From an uncultured Gammaproteobacteria bacterium (lineage in GTDB: Bacteria; Pseudomonadota; Gammaproteobacteria; JACCXJ01), in contig CAVXTM010000001.1 of assembly GCA_963764725.1 (NCBI GenBank), positions 1 to 64,000 on the forward strand: a stretch of DNA of 64,000 nt. Reading direction: 5' to 3'. The position numbers were made by a program, and so were the translations under genes. Below, piece after piece: positions 9,557 to 23,823 of the stretch (position 1 is its first letter; each line of letters begins with the position of its first letter). The notes beneath the pieces were generated by a model. It ran no database searches, was not told the DNA's origin, and worked only from the letters and a program-made list of their open reading frames with translations.

Positions 9557-10377
9557 TCGTCACCTCCCGCCAATAAATCCTCGGCAATGTCGCGCGCCGG
9601 GTAGTGGAAGTGCACCGGGCCGTCGGGGCGAGCGTCCATGAATTGCCGTACCCATTCGGAGTCGCTGACATCGAGTTGATCGGGCGTGCCCTCACCGATG
9701 ATCTTTCCGCCGGAAAGCACGTAAATGTAATCGGCGATCGACGCCGTCTCGCGCACATCGTGCGACACGATGACGCTGGTGGTGCCGAGGGCCTCGTTCA
9801 TCTGCTCGATGAGGCGCAACAGGACCCCCATGGAGATAGGATCCTGACCGGTAAAAGGCTCATCGTACAGGATGATCATGGGATCGAGCGCGATGGCCCT
9901 GGCCAGGGCGACCCGGCGCGCCATGCCGCCCGAAAGCTCGCTCGGCATCAGATCGCGTGCGCCCCGCAGCCCCACCGCCTCGAGCTTCATCAGCACCAAA
10001 TCCCGGACCATCCGCTCGGGCAGCCGGGTGTGCTCGCGTAACGGGAAGGCCACGTTATCGAACACCGAGAGATCGGTTAAGAGTGCACCGCTCTGGAACA
10101 GCATGCCCATGCGCTGGCGCAAGCTCATCAACGCTCCTCGCGATAACGCCGTGACCTCCTGCCCGTCGACCTGCACACTCCCCGATAGGGGCTTGAGCTG
10201 ACCGCCGATCATGCGCAGCAGGGTGGTTTTACCGCAGCCGCTCGGTCCCATGATGGCCGTGATCTTTCCGCGCGGCATGGATAAATCGATGTGGTCGAAG
10301 ATGTCTCGCTCGCCACGGCGGAAACAGAGATCACGGATACGGACGAGAGGTTCTAGGTCTTGATTATTGTTTTGCAT
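9553..10377 (-). CDS. mlaF: ABC ATPase MlaF
   Basis: Walker [33 protein letters not shown]. Confidence 0.95.
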   Translation of the reverse strand: MQNNNQDLEPLVRIRDLCFRRGERDIFDHIDLSMPRGKITAIMGPSGCGKTTLLRMIGGQLKPLSGSVQVDGQEVTALSRGALMSLRQRMGMLFQSGALLTDLSVFDNVAFPLREHTRLPERMVRDLVLMKLEAVGLRGARDLMPSELSGGMARRVALARAIALDPMIILYDEPFTGQDPISMGVLLRLIEQMNEALGTTSVIVSHDVRETASIADYIYVLSGGKIIGEGTPDQLDVSDSEWVRQFMDARPDGPVHFHYPARDIAEDLLAGGDE

Positions 10378-10467
10378 TGGCCTTATGGAGGCGTGAGGGC
10401 GTGATTCTCGGGAAGTCGCGGCCCAAGGTCAACCCGAGCGCCGAAATTGCCGCCGGAGCGCGGCGAC

Positions 10468-10599
10468 TGCTAGAGGGCTAAAGATGGAAGAACTAAAAGG
10501 GCGCTCACTGATGATCCGTGCGGGTGGCGATAATTATTCCGACCTGCCCGACAAGGGAGGCGGGGCGGCGCCCGCATCGCCTGCGGCGTCATCCCGTAA
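10468..10599 (+). pseudogene. sodC: C-terminal fragment of Cu/Zn superoxide dismutase
   Basis: LKGRSLMIRAGGDNYSDLPDKGG then frameshift to ARIACGVIP*; matches the SodC C-terminus (usually [22 protein letters not shown]); N-terminal part absent. Confidence 0.75.
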
Positions 10600-10993
10600 C
10601 CGGGCGGCGCGCCGGATCCTCAAGCAGCTCGATCTTGTAGCCGTCGGGGTCTTCCACGAAGGCGAGCACGGCCGTACCCCCTTTCATCGGCCCGGCGTCG
10701 CGCACGATCTTGCCGCCGCGCCCGCGGACCGCCTCGCAAGCCGCGTACACGTCATCGACGCCGATAGCGATATGCCCGTAGCCGTTTCCCGGCTCGTACC
10801 GGCTGGTGTCCCAATTGTGCGTAAGCTCTAAGACGGCCGTGTCGCGCTCCTCGCCGTAACCGAGATAGGCCAAGGTAAAGCGGCCCTCGGAATAATCGGC
10901 CCGCCGCAACAGCGTCATGCCGAGAACCTCGGTATAGAATTGCAATGAGCGGCCGAGATCCCCGACCCGTAACATGGTATGCAACATACGCAT
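10589..10993 (-). CDS. gloA: Lactoylglutathione lyase (glyoxalase I)
   Basis: [37 protein letters not shown]. Confidence 0.95.
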   Translation of the reverse strand: MRMLHTMLRVGDLGRSLQFYTEVLGMTLLRRADYSEGRFTLAYLGYGEERDTAVLELTHNWDTSRYEPGNGYGHIAIGVDDVYAACEAVRGRGGKIVRDAGPMKGGTAVLAFVEDPDGYKIELLEDPARRPVTG

Positions 10994-11040
10994 TGGTGAC
11001 GCCTCCCAAAAGTTCCTAAAACGTTATCACATGGAGGTAT

Positions 11041-11733
11041 CTAAACGGAATATAGCCGCGGCCGGCCCTGTGGCCTCGCTTCGCGCCGCTGCCCCGTCAT
11101 GCGCTCTATCTTGGCATGGAAGCGCCCATTTCCCAAGGGCTGACTTTGGTTCAGCGCGAGTCGTATGGCGCGGAGGGTCTTCTCATCGAGAGGGGACTGG
11201 AACAAACCGCGGTAGGCCACTCGCCGTGCCTTGTCGGCCGGCCCGAGTGCCAGGTAGACCCGATGAGGGATTAGCAGCGGTGACACTTGTCCGAGGGCGT
11301 TGGCTCGGTAACTGGTCCAACGGTAATGGGCCGGATCGTCCACCATCGCCGCGCGAACGGGATTGAGTTCGATGTAACGCATGGCGGTGAGTAGATTGGT
11401 CTCCGCCTGGATAAGTGAGGACTTGTAACGGCTCTCCCAGAGCGTGCCCGTACGCCGGTACTCCCGGTTGATATACTGCACGTAGCGCCGGCCCAAGGAG
11501 ATGATGAGCTTCGGTACCGCCGCTGCTCTCTTGGGGGTGAGGAGCAGGTGCACGTGGTTGGGCATGAGTGCATAGGCATGTAGCGAACAGCCTGTCTCCT
11601 TCAATGCCTCACCTAGCCAGCGCAGGTAGGTCACGTAGTCTTCTTCTCCAAAGAAGCACGGCTCGCGGTGGTGGCCGCGTTGCGCGATGTGCAGGGGCAT
11701 TCCATCGAGATGAACACGCGGGTGGCGGGGCAT
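11041..11733 (-). mobile_element. Y1 (HUH) transposase, REP-associated tyrosine transposase-like
   Basis: MPR..R, HIAQRG, AYALMPNHVHLL (HUH), RYIELNPVRA, YRWTSY; short AAACCGAGCCTGGCCCC motif upstream (~11754). Confidence 0.85.
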
Positions 11734-12017
11734 GATCCCAATATATCATGAACAAACCGAGCCTGGCCCCTATAGTCTCCAGACATCGGCCGGGTCTTTG
11801 CCGAAATGTTCTGCAATGCCAGCGACAACACTTTGATCGCAGAGAGCGCTCTCGATTCCATGTAGTGGAAGAACAGCATTTATGGCAGGATCCCAGTGCC
11901 GACCTCGATCCGGGTTATGAAGCGCCGGGTGCAACGGGACAATCGCGGTGGAAAACGTACCGCGAATATGTCAGGCTGCGGGTGTGGCGCGGTCTTGTCC
12001 GCTAACCTCTTTCGCTC

Positions 12018-13070
12018 ATGGAAACCCAATTACTTCGCAACTGCTGGTATCTGGCGCAGTCAGGCAGCCACCTCAAGCACGGCCAGCTGATCGCCAAGAC
12101 CCTGCTGGGCGAACCGGTGGTGATCGGCCGGCGCGACGATGGCGGCGTTTTCTGTCTGCGCAACATCTGCCCACACCGTGGCATTCCCCTCAGTTACGGC
12201 TGGCTCAAGGACTGCACCCTGCAGTGCTGCTACCACGGCTGGACCTTCGATACGCGCAACGGCGCCTGCGTCGAAATCCCTTCGCTCCCGCCGGATGACA
12301 CTAGTCTTCCGCTGAGCGCCATCAAGGTGCGTTCCTATCCCTGCCGGGAGGTGCAGGGCAACGTCTGGGTGTTCGTGCCCGGCGAGGGTTACGCGGAAGG
12401 CCAGGCGCTGCCGCCGGTGCCGCTGATCCCGGATTTCCCCGAAGATGCCCGGCCGCAAGTCGGTGAGACCAGGCATTTTCCCTGCAACGTCGACCACGCG
12501 GTCATGGGCCTGATGGACCCGGCGCACGCTTCCTACGTGCACACCTCCTGGTGGTGGCGCGCGCGCAATCTCAAGCTGCGCGAGGTGAAAAAGGACTACG
12601 AGCCCATCCCCAACGGTTTCCGCATGGTGCGTTACGAACTGAAGCAGAGCGCCAAGCTCTACAAGCTGCTGGGGCAGAACGTGTCCACCGAGATCAGCTT
12701 CCAGCTGCCCGCGGTGCGCATCGAGCACATCAAGTGCGACAAGCACACCGTGGTGTCACTGACCTGCTGCACCCCGCTTAACGACACGGAGAGTGAGGTG
12801 CACCAGTTCCTGTACTGGACCTTGCCGCTGCTGACGCTGCTCAAGCCCGTGGCGCGCAGCCTGCTGCACAGATTCCTCAGCCAGGACCGACAGGTGGTGG
12901 TGAGGCAGGAAGAGGGCCTGCGCTACAAACCGCCGATCATGTTCATCAAGGATACCGACACCCAGGCCAAGTGGTACTTCAGCCTCAAGCGCGAGTGGGA
13001 CAAGAGCCAGCAGGAGAAGCGGCCGTTCAACAATCCGGTGAAGGCACGGACACTGCGCTGGATGAGTTGA
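12018..13070 (+). CDS. Rieske [2Fe-2S] oxygenase (VanA/PaO-like alpha subunit)
   Basis: CPHRG...CCYHGW Rieske motif; DPAHASYVH mononuclear iron motif. Confidence 0.9.
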   Translation: METQLLRNCWYLAQSGSHLKHGQLIAKTLLGEPVVIGRRDDGGVFCLRNICPHRGIPLSYGWLKDCTLQCCYHGWTFDTRNGACVEIPSLPPDDTSLPLSAIKVRSYPCREVQGNVWVFVPGEGYAEGQALPPVPLIPDFPEDARPQVGETRHFPCNVDHAVMGLMDPAHASYVHTSWWWRARNLKLREVKKDYEPIPNGFRMVRYELKQSAKLYKLLGQNVSTEISFQLPAVRIEHIKCDKHTVVSLTCCTPLNDTESEVHQFLYWTLPLLTLLKPVARSLLHRFLSQDRQVVVRQEEGLRYKPPIMFIKDTDTQAKWYFSLKREWDKSQQEKRPFNNPVKARTLRWMS

Positions 13071-13260
13071 TGACCCTTAAAACCGTGTGAGCGCGAATAG
13101 GAGCAACGACATGAGGCATCGGTGGTTCACAATCTACCTTGGCCTTTCCATTGCGGTACCCGATTGAGTTAAAATTGCCACCTTTATAACTAACACGCCG
13201 AATGTACAGCCGGGGGTTGGACGGACGCGACAACCGCCGAATATCTCCGCGAGAACACCG

Positions 13261-14256
13261 ATGAGCGGCTACAAGGCCTTTCGGGTCCATCAAGAGGACG
13301 GGAAGATCCACGCCCGGATCGAAACCCTGCAGCGGGAAGATCCGCGCCCCGGCGAGGTGCTGATCCGCGGTGTTTATTCCAGCGTGAATTACAAGGACGC
13401 GCTCGCCGCCACGGGAGCAGGAAAGATTCTGACGCGCTTTCCCTTGGTGGCGGGGGTCGATATTTCCGGAATCGTCGCGGAGTCGGATGATGCTCGCTAC
13501 CGGCCCGGCGACAAGGTGCTGGTGACCGGCTATGACTTCGGCGTGAGTCGCGATGGGGGCTACGCGGAGTTTGCGAGTGTCCCGGCCGAGTGGGTAGTGC
13601 CCCTGCCCGCGGGTTTCTCCTTATACGAAGCGATGGCGATCGGTTCCGCAGGGTTTACGGTCGCCATCTGCGTGAAGCGCTTGGAAGATAACGGGCAAAC
13701 GCCGGCCAGCGGCCCGGTGGTGGTTACGGGTGCGACCGGGGGTGTGGGGAGCCTCGCGATTGATATTCTCGCCGGACGCGGATACGAAGTGGTTGCGGTT
13801 ACCGGCAAGATGGCGGAAGCGCTCTATCTGCGCAGCCTTGGCGCGCGCATGGTCTTGGACCGCAATACGCTCGATCTGGGATCGCGGCCGCTCGAAAAAG
13901 GCCAATGGGCGGGCGCCATCGATAACGTCGGCGGGAAGCTGCTCGCCTGGCTTACCCGGACCCTGCGCCCGTGGGGGAATATCTGCGCGGTGGGTCTAGC
14001 GGGCGGCAGCGAGCTGCATACTACCGTTATGCCCTTTATCCTGCGCGGCGTAAGCATACTAGGCATCAGCTCCGCGGGCTGCCCGACGGAGCTCCGGCAG
14101 GCGCTGTGGCAACGGTTGGCCGCGGATCTGCGGCCGCGTCATCTCGATAAGATTGCCGCGCGCACGGTGGCATTGGAAGATCTGCCCGCGGTTTTCGGCG
14201 CGATGCTCCAGGGACAAGCGCGAGGGCGGACGGTGGTTAAGATCGCCGACGAATAA
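13261..14256 (+). CDS. acuI: YhdH/AcuI-family NADPH oxidoreductase
   Basis: YSSVNYKDALA, VTGATGGVGS, TTVMPFILRGV. Confidence 0.85.
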   Translation: MSGYKAFRVHQEDGKIHARIETLQREDPRPGEVLIRGVYSSVNYKDALAATGAGKILTRFPLVAGVDISGIVAESDDARYRPGDKVLVTGYDFGVSRDGGYAEFASVPAEWVVPLPAGFSLYEAMAIGSAGFTVAICVKRLEDNGQTPASGPVVVTGATGGVGSLAIDILAGRGYEVVAVTGKMAEALYLRSLGARMVLDRNTLDLGSRPLEKGQWAGAIDNVGGKLLAWLTRTLRPWGNICAVGLAGGSELHTTVMPFILRGVSILGISSAGCPTELRQALWQRLAADLRPRHLDKIAARTVALEDLPAVFGAMLQGQARGRTVVKIADE

Positions 14257-14279
14257 CGGCCCGGTATTGAACACGCTCC

Positions 14280-15680
14280 ATGGTTGCTAAAACCTTATAC
14301 GACAAACTTTGGGACAGCCACGTTGTGCAGGACTGCGGCGACGGGACGGCGCTCATCTACATCGATCGGCATCTCATCCATGAGGTGACCTCGCCTCAAG
14401 CCTTCGAGGGGTTACGGATCGCACGCCGAAAACCGTGGCGCATAGACGCGAATCTCGCGGTTTCCGATCACAATGTTCCAACCACCGACCGGACGACTAT
14501 CGACGATCCGGTCTCGCGCCTGCAGCTCGAAACCTTGGATCACAACTGCGCAAGCTTTGGTATCCGCCAGTTCAAGATGAGCGACGTCCGTCAAGGGATC
14601 GTGCACGTGATCGGGCCGGAACAGGGGTTTTCGTTGCCCGGCATGAGCATCGTTTGCGGCGACTCGCATACCTCCACGCACGGTGCTCTGGCGGCATTGG
14701 CTTTCGGCATCGGCACCTCCGAGGTCGAGCATGTCTTGGCGACACAATGTTTGATCCTGAAAAAATCGCGCAATATGTTGGTTCAGATCAACGGCGCGCT
14801 CGGCCGCGGCGTGACCGCCAAGGATATGATCCTCGCGGTCATCGGACGCATCGGCACGGCAGGCGGCACGGGGCACACCATCGAGTTTTCCGGCCCCGCG
14901 ATCCGCGCGTCCTCGATGGAAGCGCGCATGACGGTGTGCAACATGAGCATCGAAGCCGGTGCGCGGGCAGGACTTATCGCGGTGGACGAGACGACGATCG
15001 ATTACGTCGCGGACCGCACCATGGCGCCCACGGGCGGGCTCTGGGATCAGGCTATCGCCGCCTGGCGCGATTTGCGTTCCGATCCCGGCGCCGCGTTCGA
15101 CCGTGTGGTCGAGATCGACGCCGATGGCATCCAACCGCAGGTGTCCTGGGGCACCTCCCCGGAGATGGTTGTATCCGTCGATGGGCGGGTCCCGGACCCC
15201 GGGGTTGAGAGCGATCCCGTCAAGCGCGACGGTATGCGCAAGGCGCTGGCCTACATGGGCTTGCAAGCGAATGTCCCGATCACCGATATTCCCTTGGATA
15301 AGGTGTTCATCGGGTCTTGCACCAATTCGCGCATCGAGGACTTGCGCGCCGCCGCCGAGGTCGTGCGCGGTAAGCGCATCGCATCGAATATCATGCAAGC
15401 TCTGGTGGTGCCGGGTTCGGGACTCGTGCGCAAGCAAGCCGAGCAAGAGGGTCTGGATCGGGTGTTCATCGAGGCCGGGTTCGAGTGGCGCGAGGCGGGC
15501 TGTTCGATGTGCTTGGGGATGAATCCCGATCGGCTGTCGCCGGGCGAGCGCTGCGCTTCGACCTCGAACAGGAATTTCGAAGGGCGGCAGGGCCCCGGCG
15601 GACGGACTCATCTGGTTAGTCCGCCGATGGCTGCCGCGGCGGCGATCGCCGGACATTTTGTCGATGTACGGGAATTCTGA
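14280..15680 (+). CDS. leuC: 3-isopropylmalate dehydratase large subunit
   Basis: [51 protein letters not shown]. Confidence 0.97.
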   Translation: MVAKTLYDKLWDSHVVQDCGDGTALIYIDRHLIHEVTSPQAFEGLRIARRKPWRIDANLAVSDHNVPTTDRTTIDDPVSRLQLETLDHNCASFGIRQFKMSDVRQGIVHVIGPEQGFSLPGMSIVCGDSHTSTHGALAALAFGIGTSEVEHVLATQCLILKKSRNMLVQINGALGRGVTAKDMILAVIGRIGTAGGTGHTIEFSGPAIRASSMEARMTVCNMSIEAGARAGLIAVDETTIDYVADRTMAPTGGLWDQAIAAWRDLRSDPGAAFDRVVEIDADGIQPQVSWGTSPEMVVSVDGRVPDPGVESDPVKRDGMRKALAYMGLQANVPITDIPLDKVFIGSCTNSRIEDLRAAAEVVRGKRIASNIMQALVVPGSGLVRKQAEQEGLDRVFIEAGFEWREAGCSMCLGMNPDRLSPGERCASTSNRNFEGRQGPGGRTHLVSPPMAAAAAIAGHFVDVREF

Positions 15681-15738
15681 AGCGAATGGGACGGCGTGGA
15701 ACGACGAACGGCGTTGGATATTTTGCCAGGTGGGGGAT

Positions 15739-16428
15739 ATGGAGCCGTTTAACAAACTGACGGGGCTGGTGGCGCCGCTCGATCGCCACAACGTCGACAC
15801 CGACGCGATCATACCGAAACAGTTCTTGAAATCGATCCACCGCACGGGATTCGGACCGAACCTCTTCGACGAATGGCGGTATCTCGATCGGGGTGAGCCG
15901 GGCCAGGATTGCGCTCATCGGCCATTGAATCCGGATTTCGTGCTGAATCATGAGCGCTATCGCGGAGCTCAAATCCTCTTGGCGCGGGGCAACTTCGGTT
16001 GCGGGTCCTCGCGCGAACACGCGGTATGGGCGCTGTTGGACTACGGGATCCGCTGCGTGATCGGGCCGAGCTTCGCGGATATATTTTTCAGCAACGCCCA
16101 CAAGAACGGTCTTTTAACAGTCATGCTCGAGAATCCAACGATGGACAGGCTATTCCAGGATGTCTCGCGCGCGCCCGGCTATAAGCTCACTGTGGATCTC
16201 AAGGCGCAGACGCTCGTTACGATGGAGCAACGAGTTATCGACTTCAGCATCGACCCGGTCATTAAGCGGCGGTTAATGGAAGGTCTGGATGATATCGGCA
16301 TCACGCTGCAAACGGCGGAGCTCATTCGCGCCTACGAGCAGCGGCGTCGTCAGGATGCGCCGTGGCTGTTCTCGGAGGATATAAGCAGCGCGGATTCATT
16401 GACAGGGCAGAACGAATCGACTACATAG
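15739..16428 (+). CDS. leuD: 3-isopropylmalate dehydratase small subunit
   Basis: [24 protein letters not shown]. Confidence 0.97.
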   Translation: MEPFNKLTGLVAPLDRHNVDTDAIIPKQFLKSIHRTGFGPNLFDEWRYLDRGEPGQDCAHRPLNPDFVLNHERYRGAQILLARGNFGCGSSREHAVWALLDYGIRCVIGPSFADIFFSNAHKNGLLTVMLENPTMDRLFQDVSRAPGYKLTVDLKAQTLVTMEQRVIDFSIDPVIKRRLMEGLDDIGITLQTAELIRAYEQRRRQDAPWLFSEDISSADSLTGQNESTT

Positions 16429-16567
16429 CGGTCTTTCGCGTCCGCGTGACACTTGAACTTTGTGTCCGACGGTGCGTCGAAGGTGGTGGCATGTTCCAGG
16501 ATGTACATGGCTGTTTAACCCGCCAGGGTTGGTGAGAACTTTATAAAGAAAATTGGAGAGATAACGC

Positions 16568-17014
16568 ATGCAGATCAATAAAACGCTTATTGCCGGCTTA
16601 GCCGTCTCTGGGCTGGTGCTTTCGGGCAACGTAGCGGCCGAGACGGTTGAAGTGAAGGCCTCGGGGATGAAGTTCGATCCCGTGGTCGTATTCGTCAAGG
16701 CCGGTGATACGGTGCAGTGGACGGGCCTCCCGTCGGCGAGCCATGATGCCGTGGCCATACCGAGCATGATCCCGGAGGGCGCCGAGGTCTTCAACAAGAA
16801 GGAAGAGGGGGCGACCGTGACGCTTACCGAAGAAGGCGCCTATGTCTACAAGTGCTCGCCTCACCTCGGCTTGGGTATGGCCGGGGCCATCGTCGTGGGT
16901 GACAAGATGCCCGCCAATATGGAGCAGATCCAGAAGAGCCCCGAAAATAAGGGACCGGTCGCGAGAATCGTCAAAGAGCTCCAGAAGGAAGTCGAGGCGA
17001 AGTTCGCCAAGTAA
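16568..17014 (+). CDS. Pseudoazurin-like type-1 copper protein with signal peptide
   Basis: Signal peptide; FDP..V.V..GDTV.W, H ligand, YKCSPHLGLGM (C-x2-H-x4-M). Confidence 0.88.
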   Translation: MQINKTLIAGLAVSGLVLSGNVAAETVEVKASGMKFDPVVVFVKAGDTVQWTGLPSASHDAVAIPSMIPEGAEVFNKKEEGATVTLTEEGAYVYKCSPHLGLGMAGAIVVGDKMPANMEQIQKSPENKGPVARIVKELQKEVEAKFAK

Positions 17015-17071
17015 GGCGTATGGCAGCGACCGGCTTCTCCCGCGGTCGGTTACCTTCGCGAGAAGCAGCGG

Positions 17072-18004
17072 TTGTGTCTGCGTGAGACTTCGCATAGACA
17101 CAATCGCCTGCTTCGCGGGAGCGCTTGGGTGAGCCGCAGGAAGCCTGTCTACAGCGGCCTTTCTCGGCCGCGCCGGTCTTGGGTCGGAGGGATAGTCGCC
17201 GGGGCTCTCTGCTCGCTTGCGGCAGTGGCAGGACCCGAGGATCAGGACCAGCGTAAGGCACTCAAGGTCTGCGCGGATCCCTACAGCCTGCCGAGCTCGA
17301 ACAAGGAGCAGCAAGGCTTCGAGAACAAGATCGCGCAACTGTTCGCCGGCGATCTTAAACTCCCCCTGGAATACACCTGGTTTCCGCAGCGGATCGGCTT
17401 TATTCGCAACACCCTGAGAAACAACGATGCGGCCGACAGGCGGTACAAGTGCGACATCGTGATGGGCGTACCCGCGAACTTTGAGCTTGCGGCCACGACC
17501 AAGCCCTATTACCGTTCGACCTGGACCATGGTCTATGTCAAGGGCCGGGGATGGGACGACATCAAGTCTCAAGAGGACCTCGTCAAGCTCCCGGTTGAAC
17601 GCAAAAAGGCGCTACGGATCGGCCTCTTCGACCGGAGTCCAGCGGCCATGTGGCTCATCAAGAACAACATGATGGAAAACATCATTCCGTACCAAATCAT
17701 GTCGGGCGATGCCCGTGCCTATCCCGGCGAGATCATCGAGAAAGATCTCGTCAGCGACAAAATCAATCTCGCCTTCGTTTGGGGACCGATCGCCGGTTAC
17801 TTCGCCAAACGAGTGCAATCCCCCGAGGTAGTGGTCATCCCCATGCGCTCGGAACCCGGAATAAAATTCGACTTCAGTATTGCCATGGCGGTGCGTTTCG
17901 GCGAAAAGGACTGGAAGCAACAAGTCCAAGCGCTTATCGACAAACACCGTGAGCAGATCCGAGCGATACTAGCAGAATATAGCGTCCCACTATTGGAAGA
18001 TTAA
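17072..18004 (+). CDS. MoxJ/XoxJ-like periplasmic binding protein (PQQ dehydrogenase-associated); start uncertain
   Basis: LKVCADPYSLPSSN, GFENKIA, CDIVMGVP, TKPYYRSTW, WGPIAGYF, IAMAVR. Confidence 0.85.
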   Translation: MCLRETSHRHNRLLRGSAWVSRRKPVYSGLSRPRRSWVGGIVAGALCSLAAVAGPEDQDQRKALKVCADPYSLPSSNKEQQGFENKIAQLFAGDLKLPLEYTWFPQRIGFIRNTLRNNDAADRRYKCDIVMGVPANFELAATTKPYYRSTWTMVYVKGRGWDDIKSQEDLVKLPVERKKALRIGLFDRSPAAMWLIKNNMMENIIPYQIMSGDARAYPGEIIEKDLVSDKINLAFVWGPIAGYFAKRVQSPEVVVIPMRSEPGIKFDFSIAMAVRFGEKDWKQQVQALIDKHREQIRAILAEYSVPLLED

Positions 18005-18060
18005 CGATGGACGAGAGGAGTTTAAATACAATATGTTATAATGACGTTTGAATAGACTTC

Positions 18061-20352
18061 TTGTACTACGTGACTCAAGCAATTCGGAAAAAAGCGGCGC
18101 CGGCATTCTACATCGCCGGCTCGGTCCTCCGGCACCTCAAAGAAGGTGGGGTACTGGCGCTGGTTGCCCTCGCGGTTTTCATGTTCACGGCCCTGATTTC
18201 CTACCATCCCGCGGATCCTGGTTGGACCCACACCGGGCGAGAAGGGGTCATTTTAAACCGGGGGGGTATCGTTGGAGCGTGGTTCGCGGACATCGCCTTT
18301 CACCTCTTCGGCTACCTAGGCTACCTCTTACCGGCCAGTGTGGCATTTACGGCCTGGCTGACGTTTCGCGGGCTGAACAATCACGGCGTCGCCGATTACG
18401 TGCATGGGCTCACGCGCTTTGTCGGCTTGTGGCTCATGGTGACCGTGGGCTGCGGCCTCATCTGGATCCATTTTGATGCGGCTGGAGGTTTTCCATCCCA
18501 CGGCGCCGGATTCGTCGGCCACGTCGTCGGGAAAGAAGCCGCGGAGATCTTCGGCTCCCTCGGCGCCACGGTGCTGATGCTGGCCATGTTTCTAATTGGG
18601 GTGACCTTGTTGACCGGTTTATCGTGGTTCTGGCTCATGGACACAGTCGGGATCGGCATGCTTTGCATAGTGGCGATGGGACGGCGCGCCGTGGCGGTCG
18701 TGACCGACCGTGCCTCCGGAGTGCGGGCGCGCAAGGCGCGTGAGGCGGTCTACGAAGAACAGATCGTGAAGATCACGGAGCGTCCGAAGCCGCGCATTGA
18801 AGCATCCCCATCGCCCCTCGCGACTCCGCCATTGCTCAAAGAGCGGCAAACGTCGTTTTTCGATGCACCGAATACGCATCTGCCTCCGATCGCGTTGCTC
18901 GATCCCCCGCCTCCGCCGAAAGGGGGATTCTCCACGGAAACGCTCGAGGCGATGTCGCGCCAGGTCGAGCTCAAACTGCTGGACTTCGGGATCGAGGTGA
19001 ATGTGGTGGCTGTCCACCCCGGACCGGTGATCACCCGCTTCGAACTGCAACCGGCGCCGGGCATGAAAGCCGCGCGCGTCACGAGCCTGTCCCGGGATCT
19101 GGCGCGCTCGCTCTCCACGGTGAGCGTTCGGGTCGTTGAGGTCATCCCTGGGAAATCCGTGATTGGGCTTGAGATCCCCAATCACCAGAGGGAACTGGTC
19201 AGTTTGCGCGAGATCCTAAGCTCACAGGAATACGAAGCCAATCAATCGGCGTTGACACTCGCGCTCGGCAAGGACATCGGTGGCAAGCCGGTGATCGTAG
19301 ATCTTGGACGCATGCCGCACCTGCTGGTCGCGGGAACGACTGGAGCGGGTAAATCGGTGGCCTTGAACGCGATGATCTTGAGCCTGCTGTATAAAGCGCC
19401 GGTCAAGGACGTGCGGCTCATCATGATCGATCCCAAGATGCTGGAGCTTTCCGTCTACGAAGGGATCCCCTCGTTGCTCGCCCCGGTCGTGACCGACATG
19501 AAGGAGGCGGCCAACGCCTTGCGTTGGTGCGTCGCGGAGATGGAGCGCCGCTACCGGCTGATGGCCACGCTCGGCGTGCGCAATCTGAGCGGCTACAACC
19601 GCAAGGTGCAAGAGGCGATCGGCCTGGGCGAACCGTTGCCGAATCCCTTCTTCGGCGATAAATCGGACGAAGAGACGCTCGCGGCCTTGCCCAATATCGT
19701 GGTCATCGTGGATGAGCTGGCCGATATGATGATGACGGTCGGCAAGAAAGTCGAAGAGCTGATCGCGCGGCTGGCGCAAAAAGCCCGTGCCTCCGGGATA
19801 CACTTGATCTTGGCGACGCAGCGCCCATCGGTAGACGTGATCACCGGACTCATCAAGGCCAATATTCCGAGCCGGATCGCGTTTCAAGTGTCCTCGCGCA
19901 TCGATTCGCGCACGATTCTCGATCAGATGGGCGCGGAGAGTCTGCTCGGACACGGCGACATGCTGTATCTACCTCCAGGCACCGGGGTTCCGGTCAGGGT
20001 GCATGGCGCCTTCGTGTCCGATCAGGAAGTGCATAAGGTGGTCGCGCATCTAAAGCACAGCGGTGCACCCGATTACATAAGCGACATTCTCCGCGGCGAT
20101 GACGAAGCGGCGGATGACGAGGTTGCGGCTCTTATCGAAGCCGGTGGCGACGTCGATGATCTCTATGACGAGGCGGTGCGTTTCGTGACCGAAACCCGCC
20201 GCGCTTCGGTCTCCGGCGTACAACGGCGTCTTAAGATCGGGTATAACCGGGCGGCGCGGATGATCGAGGAGATGGAACGCAGCGGTGTCGTTGGGGCGCT
20301 CCAATCGAATGGCTTTCGCGAAGTCTTGGCTCCGCCGCCGCCCAAAGATTAA
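18061..20352 (+). CDS. ftsK: DNA translocase FtsK
   Basis: N-terminal TM region, [31 protein letters not shown], gamma domain [11 protein letters not shown]. Confidence 0.97.
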   Translation: MYYVTQAIRKKAAPAFYIAGSVLRHLKEGGVLALVALAVFMFTALISYHPADPGWTHTGREGVILNRGGIVGAWFADIAFHLFGYLGYLLPASVAFTAWLTFRGLNNHGVADYVHGLTRFVGLWLMVTVGCGLIWIHFDAAGGFPSHGAGFVGHVVGKEAAEIFGSLGATVLMLAMFLIGVTLLTGLSWFWLMDTVGIGMLCIVAMGRRAVAVVTDRASGVRARKAREAVYEEQIVKITERPKPRIEASPSPLATPPLLKERQTSFFDAPNTHLPPIALLDPPPPPKGGFSTETLEAMSRQVELKLLDFGIEVNVVAVHPGPVITRFELQPAPGMKAARVTSLSRDLARSLSTVSVRVVEVIPGKSVIGLEIPNHQRELVSLREILSSQEYEANQSALTLALGKDIGGKPVIVDLGRMPHLLVAGTTGAGKSVALNAMILSLLYKAPVKDVRLIMIDPKMLELSVYEGIPSLLAPVVTDMKEAANALRWCVAEMERRYRLMATLGVRNLSGYNRKVQEAIGLGEPLPNPFFGDKSDEETLAALPNIVVIVDELADMMMTVGKKVEELIARLAQKARASGIHLILATQRPSVDVITGLIKANIPSRIAFQVSSRIDSRTILDQMGAESLLGHGDMLYLPPGTGVPVRVHGAFVSDQEVHKVVAHLKHSGAPDYISDILRGDDEAADDEVAALIEAGGDVDDLYDEAVRFVTETRRASVSGVQRRLKIGYNRAARMIEEMERSGVVGALQSNGFREVLAPPPPKD

Positions 20353-20461
20353 GCATTGCGGCCGGCATCCGCGGAAATCAATTTGATTTCGCCACCACGG
20401 GGTATGAACCCCATGGCCTGAAAGGAATCCCGCGGCACGACCGCGGCGAATAAATTTATCA

Positions 20462-21091
20462 ATGCATTACAGCCTTGTGCTCACGCTCCTCATCGGGCTA
20501 TGGATCACCCCGGTAGGGGCTGGCAATGAAGCGACGGTACTTAGCCGCTATTTGGAAGGCCTCACCACGCTCAAAGCGGCGTTCCAGCAAGAACTGATCG
20601 ACGAAAGCGGCGTTACCCGCGAGCGCTCGCACGGCACATTCTACCTTCATCGGCCCGGTAAGTTTCGCTGGGAATACGATCGTCCTTATCAACAGTCGAT
20701 CGTGGGTGACGGGCAGCGCGTATGGATCTACGATAAGGACTTGGAGCAGGTGACCGTCAAACCGCTCGGTACGGCCCTGGGCAGCACGCCGGCCTTGCTG
20801 CTCGGGGGCAAGGTGGACCTGAAGGAGGAATTCGTTGTCACTGAGCGTGGCGAGCAGGGCGGGATAAGCGTCCTCCATCTGAAGCCAAAACGCGACGAAG
20901 GCCAATACACCGGGATCCAACTGGGTTTTGAGGGCTCGATGCTCCGGATGATGGAATTGCGCGACAATTTTGGGCAAACCACACGCATCAGATTTGTGAC
21001 GCAAAATCGGAACGTAGCGATCGATCCGCGGTTGTTCGTGTTTACGCCCCCTCCGGGGGTCGATGTCATCGATGCGGCCGAAAACCTGTGA
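20462..21091 (+). CDS. lolA: Outer-membrane lipoprotein carrier LolA
   Basis: RPGKFRWEY, YDKDLEQVT, F.FTPPPGVDVID; conserved position after ftsK. Confidence 0.93.
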   Translation: MHYSLVLTLLIGLWITPVGAGNEATVLSRYLEGLTTLKAAFQQELIDESGVTRERSHGTFYLHRPGKFRWEYDRPYQQSIVGDGQRVWIYDKDLEQVTVKPLGTALGSTPALLLGGKVDLKEEFVVTERGEQGGISVLHLKPKRDEGQYTGIQLGFEGSMLRMMELRDNFGQTTRIRFVTQNRNVAIDPRLFVFTPPPGVDVIDAAENL

Positions 21092-21136
21092 AACGTCTAT
21101 CCTATCGCTAGTAACCTGGTACTGCGATCGCTGGCG

Positions 21137-23766
<2,630 letters not shown>

Positions 23767-23768
<2 letters not shown>

Positions 23769-23801
23769 AAAACCCCAGGGATCTTGCGATCCGTGGGGTT
23801 T
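23767..23801. terminator. Probable bidirectional intrinsic terminator
   Basis: AAAAAACCCCAGGGATC-TTGC-GATCCGTGGGGTTT hairpin between convergent serS and yccA. Confidence 0.7.
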
Positions 23802-23823
23802 CATGGACACTAAGCTTGGGTGG

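Noticed and set aside
14412-15845. Long antisense ORFs (477 aa opposite leuC; also 593-1681, 16598-17572, 41684-42655)
   Set aside because: Shadow frames expected from high-GC codon bias opposite well-supported genes
16510-16529. GCTGTTTAACC match to the first 11 nt of the CRISPR repeat upstream of pseudoazurin
   Set aside because: Single short match (16/20 at best) lacking the ATTGAAAC end; compatible with chance
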